Position numbers and translations under genes: made by a program. From positions 96,001 through 160,000 of the forward strand of contig CBDBIJ010000022.1 of the NCBI GenBank assembly GCA_965205655.1: DNA of 64,000 bases. The letters are read 5' to 3'. The DNA is from Candidatus Latescibacterota bacterium. Its GTDB lineage: Bacteria > Latescibacterota > UBA2968 > UBA8231. Below are positions 29,004-37,360 of this stretch, in pieces. Under the pieces are notes generated by a model that saw only the letters and a list, made by a program, of their open reading frames with translations, was not told the DNA's origin and made no database searches. Positions within the stretch are counted from its first letter, which is position 1, and every line of letters starts with the position of its first letter.

Positions 29004-30253
29004 GGGGTATATTCAATTGGTCAATGCAACATTCTCCCCACTAATCTAATCATAGGAGATGTTGCACATGGCTCAAATGGGACGACCAGGATTGTCCGCG
29101 TCACAGAAGTCGGAGGTATGGCGTCGATGGAAGAGCGGCCAGTCGCATAGCGATATTGGTCGGGCGCTCGGGAAGCATCCGGCGTCGATTCATGGTGTCA
29201 TCACCGCCAATGGGGGCATCGTACCAATGCCGCGTCGACGCTCTCGATGGGCTCTTGGCTGGGAAGAGCGTGAAGAGATCTCTCGAGGTATCGCTGCGGG
29301 AAAATCGATACGAATAATTGCGGCCGCTGTTGAGCGTGCACCCTCGACGGTTAGCCGAGAGATTGCCCGCAATGGCGGGCGGCAAAGGTACCGAGCAAAC
29401 GTCGCCGACCAAGCAGCCTGGACGCGCGCCAGCCGGCCGAAATGCTGCCGACTCGCATCCAATCTTCGTTTGCGGCGAGTCGTGGCGGACAAGCTACGCC
29501 TGAAGTGGTCACCTGAGCAGATATCGGGATGGCTGAAGCGGGAGTATGCGCTTTTAGGAAATATGCAGATATCCCACGAAACGATCTATCGAACTCTCTT
29601 CATCCAGGCACGCGGGGCACTCAACAAGGACCTCATTGCGCATCTGCGGACGCGAAGGATGATGCGGCGATCCAAGAAGGCAAGCACACGCGATCAGCCG
29701 AGAGGCCGGATCGTCGACGCCGTATCCATCAGCGAGCGGCCTGCCGAGATCGAGGACCGCGCCGTTCCCGGCCACTGGGAGGGAGACTTGATCTCGGGGT
29801 CGAACAACACGCACATCGCCACGTTGGTGGAGCGGCAGTCTCGGTTCACGATGCTCGTGAAGCTCAACGGCAAAGACACCGAGACCGTTGTCAGAGCGCT
29901 GATCAGCCAGGTGAAACGACTCCCCTCCGCGGTGCGGTTGTCCCTTACCTGGGATCGAGGAATGGAGCTAGCTCGGCGCAAGGAGTTCTCGATCGCAACT
30001 GACGTCGAGGTGTATTTCTGTGATCCTCAGAGTCCCTGGCAACGAGGCACAAATGAGAACACGAATCGCCTTCTTCGACAGTACTTCCCGAGGAAGACCG
30101 ATCTGTCGCCATTCTCCCAAGCCGACCTGAACAGAGTCGCTCTTCAACTGAACCAGCGCCCGCGGAAGACGTTGGGGTTCGTTTCACCCGCAGAACGCTT
30201 CAATGAAGGTGTTGCGTTGACGAAGATGTTGCGTTGACTGGTTGAACTCGCGG
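29004..30253 (+). mobile_element. IS30-family insertion sequence, copy 1
   Basis: Near-identical inverted copy at 58120-59372. Imperfect IRs TTCAAttGGTCAATGCAACA / TTCAAccAGTCAACGCAACA. Ends are uncertain by 2-3 bp. Confidence 0.9.
29059..30237 (+). CDS. IS30-family transposase
   Basis: WSPEQI, ETIY, GHWEGD, TWDRG.E, PWQRGTNEN.N.LLRQY and LN.RPRK.LG motifs. Confidence 0.93.
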   Translation: MLHMAQMGRPGLSASQKSEVWRRWKSGQSHSDIGRALGKHPASIHGVITANGGIVPMPRRRSRWALGWEEREEISRGIAAGKSIRIIAAAVERAPSTVSREIARNGGRQRYRANVADQAAWTRASRPKCCRLASNLRLRRVVADKLRLKWSPEQISGWLKREYALLGNMQISHETIYRTLFIQARGALNKDLIAHLRTRRMMRRSKKASTRDQPRGRIVDAVSISERPAEIEDRAVPGHWEGDLISGSNNTHIATLVERQSRFTMLVKLNGKDTETVVRALISQVKRLPSAVRLSLTWDRGMELARRKEFSIATDVEVYFCDPQSPWQRGTNENTNRLLRQYFPRKTDLSPFSQADLNRVALQLNQRPRKTLGFVSPAERFNEGVALTKMLR

Positions 30254-30457
30254 TCACAAAATATCAATAAATAACGAATATCAGGGTAAAATTAGCCCGA
30301 CAGATAAAATTGTTCACACAAAGAAAGCGAAAGCACTGGAATCGCCGGGGTTGCATATCGGTCATAGCATCAATCTGCAGATCAGCGAAGATTATGCTTT
30401 TTCTATAGATTCTTGGCCACCAAATTCCGTCATGTGTCCCATCCCGCCGCTCATGGC

Positions 30458-31442
30458 TTAGAACGCGATTGCGATCTGGCTCTTCAAATCGCTGCTTGCG
30501 CTGCCGCCGGCGGGTGAAGTGTGTCGGTACTGTAGTTTGAGTGCTGCCAGGTGGGACAGGTGGTAGCTGAACCCCACCGAGTAGCTCTTTGTGTCCTTCG
30601 GTGTATAGAACGCGTCGTCGTCGTCCACTTTGGTGTAGTCGAACTTTGCGAAGGGCGTCCATTGATTGATGTCGTGCGCAGCCATGATATACAGCGCCTT
30701 GGCGGAGACGTCCTTGCCGCTGTCATCTGCCTCACCGCTGGCCAGCGCCATTTCTGCCTCGAATAGAGTGGACCCCCTAAAGCGCGCACCGATGCTCGGA
30801 GAAATGACGAGCAGGGTTAGATCTTCCCCGGCGGCCGCCGAAATGCTTTCCCTGTAGAGCGATAAACCGATTTCTACATCCTCTTTCGCTTTCGTGCTCA
30901 CGTGCAGGTTGAGTGACTTGCCATCGTTGTTATCGTCGACGGCCGTACTGCCGATACCGTTGCCGATCATCAGGTCGTAGGATAGTCGGGCGCCTGAGAT
31001 CTGTTTCCCCGACACGAGGAGTCCAGTAGTGTGTATCGGAAAGAGGCTTCTCGTCACCGGTTTGCCGATTGAGGGAAATAGGATCGAGCCGTGGTGGTAG
31101 GTGCGATTCCAACGACCGACCGCCGAGTGGAACTTTCCGGCTGAAACCTTCAACAGCGGACTGAATTCGTACCGCACCCAGAACCGCTCCAGCGATAGCT
31201 CCCAGCCATCATCCGGGCCCTCGTGCTCGTAGGTGACTTCGCTCAGGTACGAGGTGCGCTCGTCCAGGGTGCCGATGATGTAGGTGTCGTATTCGCCCAG
31301 TCTGAAACGCGAGTCGGCCTTTGTTCCTTCGACGACTTCGAAATTGACATCGGCAAAGCCGTGTGTCGCCTTGACGATCTCGGCCGACCAACCGAGGCTC
31401 GGTGCCAGCATCAATGCAACTGAGAAAAAGAAACGTCCGCAT
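30458..31442 (-). CDS. Outer-membrane beta-barrel (porin-like) protein; signal peptide frameshifted at a T run near 31425
   Basis: Alternating beta-strands and a C-terminal Phe (QIAIAF). Removing one T gives the signal peptide MRTFLFSVALMLAPSLGWSA. Confidence 0.7.
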
Positions 31443-31606
31443 GCGCCTAAAGGTAGTTAGAAAACCCCATTCTCGCTCGGCTTGCTTCGGCTATCTCGGT
31501 TTCAATGGCTTGACACCGCTTCCACGCCGCCTAGACTACGGACGCAGAGTGCCAGTATGCCGCGGCGCGCTGCCGCGACGAGCGACGGCATCAGGAGGAA
31601 TCGGTC

Positions 31607-32389
31607 ATGACAGTCGAGCGAGATCTAAAGGTCGGACAAGCTTCGTTCGGCCCGGACGGCCAGGATGTCGGCCCCGTCACACAAGCTCGCCGCAGGGGAA
31701 GGGGACCCGCGATCTGGCTCGCCGGCGACCCCGACGAGCTGCAAGAGTGGATGCCCCTCGGCATCACCGGCATCGTCACCAACACCGTGGTGATGAACAT
31801 GTACGTGAAGAACCACGGCCCCGTCATCGACCTCATAAAGAAGTACCTCGACATGACCGACAAACCCATCGTCGTGGAGATAGACGGACACAGCCTCGAC
31901 GAGCTGCTCGATGTCGGCGGAGTGTTCACGAACCTGTCCGACCAGATCATCCTCAAGATCCCGTGTTCCGTCAACGGCCTCAAGGCGTTTGCGGCCCTGA
32001 AGAAGGAGGGCGTCGAGACCTTCTGCACCACCTGCTTCTCACTCACCCAGGCCGTCGCCGTTGCCCAGGCCGGCGCCGATCACATCCTGCCATTTTGCGA
32101 ACCTGTCAAGGAAGTCGGCGGTGACCCCACCAAGCTGATACGCGAGTGCGCGCAGGTATTCGGCGGTTGGGAACAGCGTCCCTTCATTCAGGCCGCCCTC
32201 GTTCGCACCGTGGAGACGGCCCACGCCGCCTTCCGCGACGGCGCCGACGAGCTCGTCACCATGTGGACGGTTTACCGCGACATGATGGAGCACCCTCTCA
32301 CCGACAAGTGGAACAAGACGTTCATGGACGAGTGGGTGGACATGCACGAGAACGGGATGCTCGAAGGTCTGCCGGTCAAACTGGACTAG
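31607..32389 (+). CDS. Transaldolase/fructose-6-phosphate aldolase family protein
   Basis: GIVTN, Schiff-base LKIP, GLKA, T.CFS..QA..VAQAGA and HPLTD motifs. GGAGG RBS upstream. Confidence 0.8.
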   Translation: MTVERDLKVGQASFGPDGQDVGPVTQARRRGRGPAIWLAGDPDELQEWMPLGITGIVTNTVVMNMYVKNHGPVIDLIKKYLDMTDKPIVVEIDGHSLDELLDVGGVFTNLSDQIILKIPCSVNGLKAFAALKKEGVETFCTTCFSLTQAVAVAQAGADHILPFCEPVKEVGGDPTKLIRECAQVFGGWEQRPFIQAALVRTVETAHAAFRDGADELVTMWTVYRDMMEHPLTDKWNKTFMDEWVDMHENGMLEGLPVKLD

Positions 32390-32394
32390 GCTCG

Positions 32395-33168
32395 CTATAT
32401 CTCAGGAATATCGGTCAACAGCTTCGTCCACGCCGACCCCAGATTCATCACGTCCCCACCACAGATCACCAGGTCACAACCCGCCTCCATGGCCGCATCC
32501 AGCAGCGGCCCTGGCAACGTGAAGATCCCGGTCAGTTTGCCGACTGACTTCGCCTTCTCCAGACAGGAGAGCACGGCCTTCCGCAGATTTGGATCGGCCA
32601 TCTGGCCGGTGCAGCCCATGCTGACCGCCAGATCGCCCGGTCCCATAAAGATACCCGTGAGTCCGTCTACACCCAGAATCTCGTCGACGTTGTCCACCGC
32701 CTGGATCGTCTCGATCTGCGCGAACAGATGGGTGCACGCGTTGGCCCGAGCCATGACCTCTTCGAGATCCAGCAGCCCGAACCCCATACCGGGAGTTCTG
32801 GTGTTGAAGCCGCGACTACCAGCGGGCGGGTATTTGCCGAATTCGACGATCCGGCGGGCCAGAGCGGCGTCGTTGACCATCGGAACGAGAACGATCCGCG
32901 CCCCCACCTCCAGAGCCCGCAGAACATGGTGACGCTCGCCATCCGGCAAGCGCACAAGCGGGAAAATTTCGCCCGCCGCCGCCGCGTAGCACAGCGATTC
33001 AATTCGTTCGAACCCCGACGGCCCGTGTTCCATCTCGATCCAGATCGCCTCGAAGCCGATCTGCGCGGCCAGCGAAACCAGCAACGGTGAACCGCTGTTG
33101 ACGGTAACACCCCGGACTCGCCGGGGCTTCCCGTCTGTGTTTACGAATACATCATCAGTCGCGTTGAT
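32395..33168 (-). CDS. HpcH/HpaI aldolase family protein (probable ATC start at 33168; first TTG at 33084)
   Basis: WIEMEHG, VPMV, KYPP.GSRG, QIET and FMGPGDL motifs. Confidence 0.88.
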   Translation of the reverse strand: MNATDDVFVNTDGKPRRVRGVTVNSGSPLLVSLAAQIGFEAIWIEMEHGPSGFERIESLCYAAAAGEIFPLVRLPDGERHHVLRALEVGARIVLVPMVNDAALARRIVEFGKYPPAGSRGFNTRTPGMGFGLLDLEEVMARANACTHLFAQIETIQAVDNVDEILGVDGLTGIFMGPGDLAVSMGCTGQMADPNLRKAVLSCLEKAKSVGKLTGIFTLPGPLLDAAMEAGCDLVICGGDVMNLGSAWTKLLTDIPEI

Positions 33169-33297
33169 ATCGAATCCTCCTGTCCGTGTGCCGCAGTTGC
33201 CCGCTCAAGGTACACTATGGATCTTAACGGCAAAACCCCCTGCCGTCTCGGCGACTCCCGACGACGGCATTTCCCTGCTTCGGAGTTTCGACTGGCC

Positions 33298-35250
33298 ATG
33301 AACCAGAAGCGCAGACTGACACCGGTGTCACACAGGCAAGTCGAGCTGGGCCAGGGATTCTGGCACGACCGACTGCTGACGAACCGCCAGGTCACTCTGC
33401 CGTCAACGTACGAGCAGATAAAGAGATCCGGCGGCCTCGACGCTTACAGCTGGGATTGGGCCCCCTCGAGCGACCACCCGCCTATGCTGCCCCGCTGGGG
33501 AGATGTGCCGAAATGGATCGAGGGAGCTGCCTATACGCTCGCCTCCAGCGGCGAAGCCGACGCGTTCGACCAATCTCTGGCCGCCAAGGCCCGGGATGCC
33601 ATCGACAGACTACTCTTCGGACAGAAGATCGATGGGTATCTCTATTCGAGTCAGATCTCCCTCGATGAGCGCTGGACGAATCTGCTCGACCGGCACGAGC
33701 TCTACGAGATGGGTCACGCGATGGAGGCCGCCGTCGCGTGGAACGCGGCCACCGGCGACGAGCGCTTTCTGGCAGCCATGTGCAAGACGGCCGACCTCAT
33801 CGATGAAACCCTCGGTACGGGCAGGGACAGGAGACGCGGCTACGGCGGCCATCCCGAAGTCGAGCTCGGCTTGATGGGACTCTTCCACGCCACTGGCGAG
33901 CGACGCTACCTGAACTTGGCCGCTTATCTCGTCGACGAACGCGGCCGGGAGCCGAACTACTTCCATGAGGAAGCACTCTCTCGAGGCGGGGCCCCCGAGG
34001 AGCACCGATTCTACCGCTGGCTTGGCAAGGCACCCTATAGCTACTACCAGGCACATGTGCCGGTACGCCGGCAAAAGGAGGCAGTCGGTCACGCCGTCCG
34101 TGCGCTCTACCTCGGCTCGGGCATGGCTGATGTGGCCGCCGCCACAGGTGACGCGACCCTGCTGGCCGCCTGCCGCCGGCTGTGGCGCAGCGTGACGAGC
34201 AAACGCATGTACATCACCGGTGGTGTGGGATCGGAAAAGACAGGCGAAACCTTCACCTTCGACTACGATCTGCCCAATGAAACAGGCTACGCCGAGACCT
34301 GCGCCTCCATCGCCCTCGTCTTCTTCGCCCATCGCATGCTGCAGATCGATGCCGACGCCGAGTATGCCGATGTCATCGAGCGCGTCATGTACAACGGCGC
34401 TCTCGGAGGCGTGTCGCTCGCCGGAGACCGTTTCTATTACGCCAACCCGCTCGCCGTGATGCCGCAAGCGATGACGGGATGCGCAGACCATGTCTCACCG
34501 ACAAGGGTCGAGTGGTTCTTCTGCGCCTGCTGTCCCCCGAATATCGCTCGCTTCCTCCCACAGGTGCCGGGGTACATATATTCGGCCTCGGCGTCGCCCC
34601 GCGAGCTGTACGTCCATCAATACGCCCAGAGCCGGACAGAACTTGAGGTCGGTGACGACGCGGTGGCGATCGAGCAATACACCGAATACCCGTGGGATGG
34701 CAGGGTGATGCTGGAAGTGCAGACTCCGTCACCGTCGCGATGGACCATGGCCCTGCGCATCCCGGCGTGGTGCCGGCGGGCACGGCTCAAGATCAACGGT
34801 GAGCCGATCGGACTTGGGGACCGCGTCAGGAAGGGCTACGCCCGGATCTCGAGGCGCTGGGAACCCGACGACCTCGTCGAGCTGGTCATGGAGATGCCGG
34901 TGCAGCGGATTGAGGCGCATCCTCTCGTGCGCGGTACCGGCGGACGAGTGGCGCTACAACGTGGACCATTGGTGTATTGTATCGAAGAAGCCGACAACGG
35001 CAAGAACGTGAGCGATCTCGTGCTCCCGGCCGCTGTCGAGCTACAGACCCGCCGACTCCGGGGTCGTCTGCAGGGCATGGTAGCGATCGAAGGTCGGGGA
35101 ATGCGTCACAACTTGGATCGATGGAGTGACACGCTCTACGCGCCGCGGTCGAGCGCTCCTCAGCGGGCTGCCGACGTGACGGCCATACCCTTCTTCGCTC
35201 GGTGCAACCGCAAACCGGGTGAAATGCTGGTATGGATCAGGGAGGCGTAG
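33298..35250 (+). CDS. GH127 beta-L-arabinofuranosidase-like glycoside hydrolase
   Basis: HELY..GH, GHPE.E, GHAVRA, MYITGG.G, YAETCA and CACCPPN (Cys nucleophile/Zn) motifs. Confidence 0.92.
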   Translation: MNQKRRLTPVSHRQVELGQGFWHDRLLTNRQVTLPSTYEQIKRSGGLDAYSWDWAPSSDHPPMLPRWGDVPKWIEGAAYTLASSGEADAFDQSLAAKARDAIDRLLFGQKIDGYLYSSQISLDERWTNLLDRHELYEMGHAMEAAVAWNAATGDERFLAAMCKTADLIDETLGTGRDRRRGYGGHPEVELGLMGLFHATGERRYLNLAAYLVDERGREPNYFHEEALSRGGAPEEHRFYRWLGKAPYSYYQAHVPVRRQKEAVGHAVRALYLGSGMADVAAATGDATLLAACRRLWRSVTSKRMYITGGVGSEKTGETFTFDYDLPNETGYAETCASIALVFFAHRMLQIDADAEYADVIERVMYNGALGGVSLAGDRFYYANPLAVMPQAMTGCADHVSPTRVEWFFCACCPPNIARFLPQVPGYIYSASASPRELYVHQYAQSRTELEVGDDAVAIEQYTEYPWDGRVMLEVQTPSPSRWTMALRIPAWCRRARLKINGEPIGLGDRVRKGYARISRRWEPDDLVELVMEMPVQRIEAHPLVRGTGGRVALQRGPLVYCIEEADNGKNVSDLVLPAAVELQTRRLRGRLQGMVAIEGRGMRHNLDRWSDTLYAPRSSAPQRAADVTAIPFFARCNRKPGEMLVWIREA

Positions 35251-36673
35251 ACCCGCCAGCGTGAGGTCGCGACGTCGCCGGCGCTGCGCCGAGCCCGAAG
35301 AACAGCAGCGCGCCTGCGATCAATCCCGGATAGATGGGTTCCCATCCCAGCGGGTAGGCCCCATCGCTAAGCATTCCGGCTACCATCCATCCCAACGCCG
35401 TCAGCGATCCACCGAGCATACACGCCAGGGCAGACCGCGCCGATCGTTGCCGCAGCGGCGTGAAGCTCCACAGAACCGGCAACAGCAGACCCGGCAGCCC
35501 TATCGACCCGATGGTGTACCACAACTCGATCACCGACCGCATGCTCCATGCCAGCGCCGTCGCCGTCACCAGCGTCACCACCCAGCCGATGCGGGTGTAG
35601 CGAGTCAGCAGCTTGTCGCGGCGCGTCCACCGGAACAAACCGTCGCGACCGATGGTCACGGCCGACAGAAAGCTGAAGCTGTCGACCGTCGACATCGCCA
35701 CCGCCAGCAGGGCGACGAAGAACAGTCCCTTGAACACCGGCGGCAACAGCATGTCGGCCAGCATCGGATAGGCGTCGATGGGCGCGATATCCGGCAAGGC
35801 GGCGCGGGCGTACATGCCGGTCGTGATCGTCAGTGTGTCGAAGGCGAACCAGCAGGCGGCGGCGAGCAGAATCCCCCGCCGTGCCACCGCACCCGAACGC
35901 GCCGCCACACAGCGCTGGTGAAATCCCGGATCGACAAAGGTCCACAATGCGATCAGCGCCCACACGATGATCTTCGGCACTGTCAGGTAGCCGGTGGCCT
36001 GAAAGTGTCGCGCCGGTAGTCGTGCCGTGAGGTAATCCCAGCCGCCGAACGTGCTCACTGCCATACCTGCCAGTAGCGCAAAGCCGGCGATCATCAGCGT
36101 CGCCTGCAGCAGGTCGGTCCGAACCACCGCCCGCAATCCACCGGTCAGTGCGTACCATGAAGACAACGGCGCGCCGATAAGCAAGCTCAACCACAGCGGC
36201 CACCCGGTCGCCGTCTGAATCAGCACCCCGACGATGAGCAGATACGGCGCCGGCGACACCATCAGGTAGATGAGCACGGCGCCAACCACTGCCGCCGGAC
36301 GGCCGTATTGCTGCTCGAGCCGGTCGGGAATAGTGAAGGGGACCTCCGCTCGCACCCGCGGCGCGATCCACAGTGCGAACAGGATAGCGAAGATGTAGAA
36401 GAACAGGCTCTGCGTCAGAAAGGTCACGAGCCCGTAAGAGTAGGAGAACTCGCCGACCCCGAGTATCCCGCCGTACCACGTCGCTACGAGCGTGGCGACG
36501 AATGCCGGTGTGCCAATGCGGCGGCCGGCGAGCAGGTAGTCGTCCGCCCCGGACTGCGCATCTGGTCCTGCCGCCGAGCCACGCACCCCGAGCCCCCGCA
36601 GCCCCAGCCCGAGCACTGTCAGTCCGATCAGGTAGAGACCGATGACAAGGATGTCGTAGATGTGGAGTGTGAT
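35237..36673 (-). CDS. Sodium:solute symporter family protein (probable thiamine/precursor transporter)
   Basis: DYLLAGR, TGGLRAVVRTD, QRCVAA and AVAMSTVDS motifs. Last gene of the TPP-riboswitch operon. The first TM helix extends upstream of GTG 36616 to ATC 36673. Confidence 0.85.
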   Translation of the reverse strand: MTLHIYDILVIGLYLIGLTVLGLGLRGLGVRGSAAGPDAQSGADDYLLAGRRIGTPAFVATLVATWYGGILGVGEFSYSYGLVTFLTQSLFFYIFAILFALWIAPRVRAEVPFTIPDRLEQQYGRPAAVVGAVLIYLMVSPAPYLLIVGVLIQTATGWPLWLSLLIGAPLSSWYALTGGLRAVVRTDLLQATLMIAGFALLAGMAVSTFGGWDYLTARLPARHFQATGYLTVPKIIVWALIALWTFVDPGFHQRCVAARSGAVARRGILLAAACWFAFDTLTITTGMYARAALPDIAPIDAYPMLADMLLPPVFKGLFFVALLAVAMSTVDSFSFLSAVTIGRDGLFRWTRRDKLLTRYTRIGWVVTLVTATALAWSMRSVIELWYTIGSIGLPGLLLPVLWSFTPLRQRSARSALACMLGGSLTALGWMVAGMLSDGAYPLGWEPIYPGLIAGALLFFGLGAAPATSRPHAGGSTPP

Positions 36674-36685
36674 AACGCGCGGCCC

Positions 36686-37360
36686 TTATCTCAGGACGAT
36701 ATCCCCCAAGCCCTGCTCGCGTTGAATGCACAGCAGCAGATCGCCGTCGGCCACGGTGATCTCCACCGGATTATCGACCACCTCGTTCGAGATGCCGTCC
36801 CGCTCGGCCGCGGCGAGGCTCTCGCCATTGAGGGGGTACTTCAGGCCCCGTGTCACGATCCCCTGCACCGGCCCGCCGAGCGGACTGAGCGACACCTTCA
36901 ATCCGGGCGCCGCCTCGAACCGTACGCCGCCGTCGACGAGCCGTGTGTCGCAGCACTCGTCGAGGATCCGCAAAGCCAGCCGGTCCGCGTACATCTTCAG
37001 CAAGCTCAGGTTCCAGAGCGTGTGATCGACCCGTCCACCAGTGACTCCCAGCAGCGCCGCCTCACGCACTCCCAGCATCAGCGCGTGATCGAGAGCCTTC
37101 ACGAGGTCCGTGCTGTCTTGTGCGTCGATGCGAATGCGGCGATCCTCCTCTAAGGCTGCCAGCGCCTCCGGCCTCACCGAATCGAGGTCGCCTACGATGT
37201 AATCGGGCATCACCCCGATAGCTGCCAGCGCGTTCGCCCCGCCGTCCGCGGCGATGACGAGCGAGGCTTCGCCCCTGACGGAGTCGAGCAACTCCCTCGA
37301 GGGGGGCTCGCCGTTGCCGACGATGAGCGCGTGCTCTCGCGACCTCGCCTTATCAGCCAC
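36686..37360 (-). CDS. thiN: Thiamine pyrophosphokinase
   Basis: IAADGG, GDLDS, QDSTD, GGRVDH, GLKYPL and GISN motifs. Confidence 0.93.
   Translation of the reverse strand: MADKARSREHALIVGNGEPPSRELLDSVRGEASLVIAADGGANALAAIGVMPDYIVGDLDSVRPEALAALEEDRRIRIDAQDSTDLVKALDHALMLGVREAALLGVTGGRVDHTLWNLSLLKMYADRLALRILDECCDTRLVDGGVRFEAAPGLKVSLSPLGGPVQGIVTRGLKYPLNGESLAAAERDGISNEVVDNPVEITVADGDLLLCIQREQGLGDIVLR

Noticed and set aside
30264..30662. 132-aa minus-strand ORF
   Set aside because: Overlaps the porin gene in another frame and runs into AT-rich intergenic DNA; no motif.
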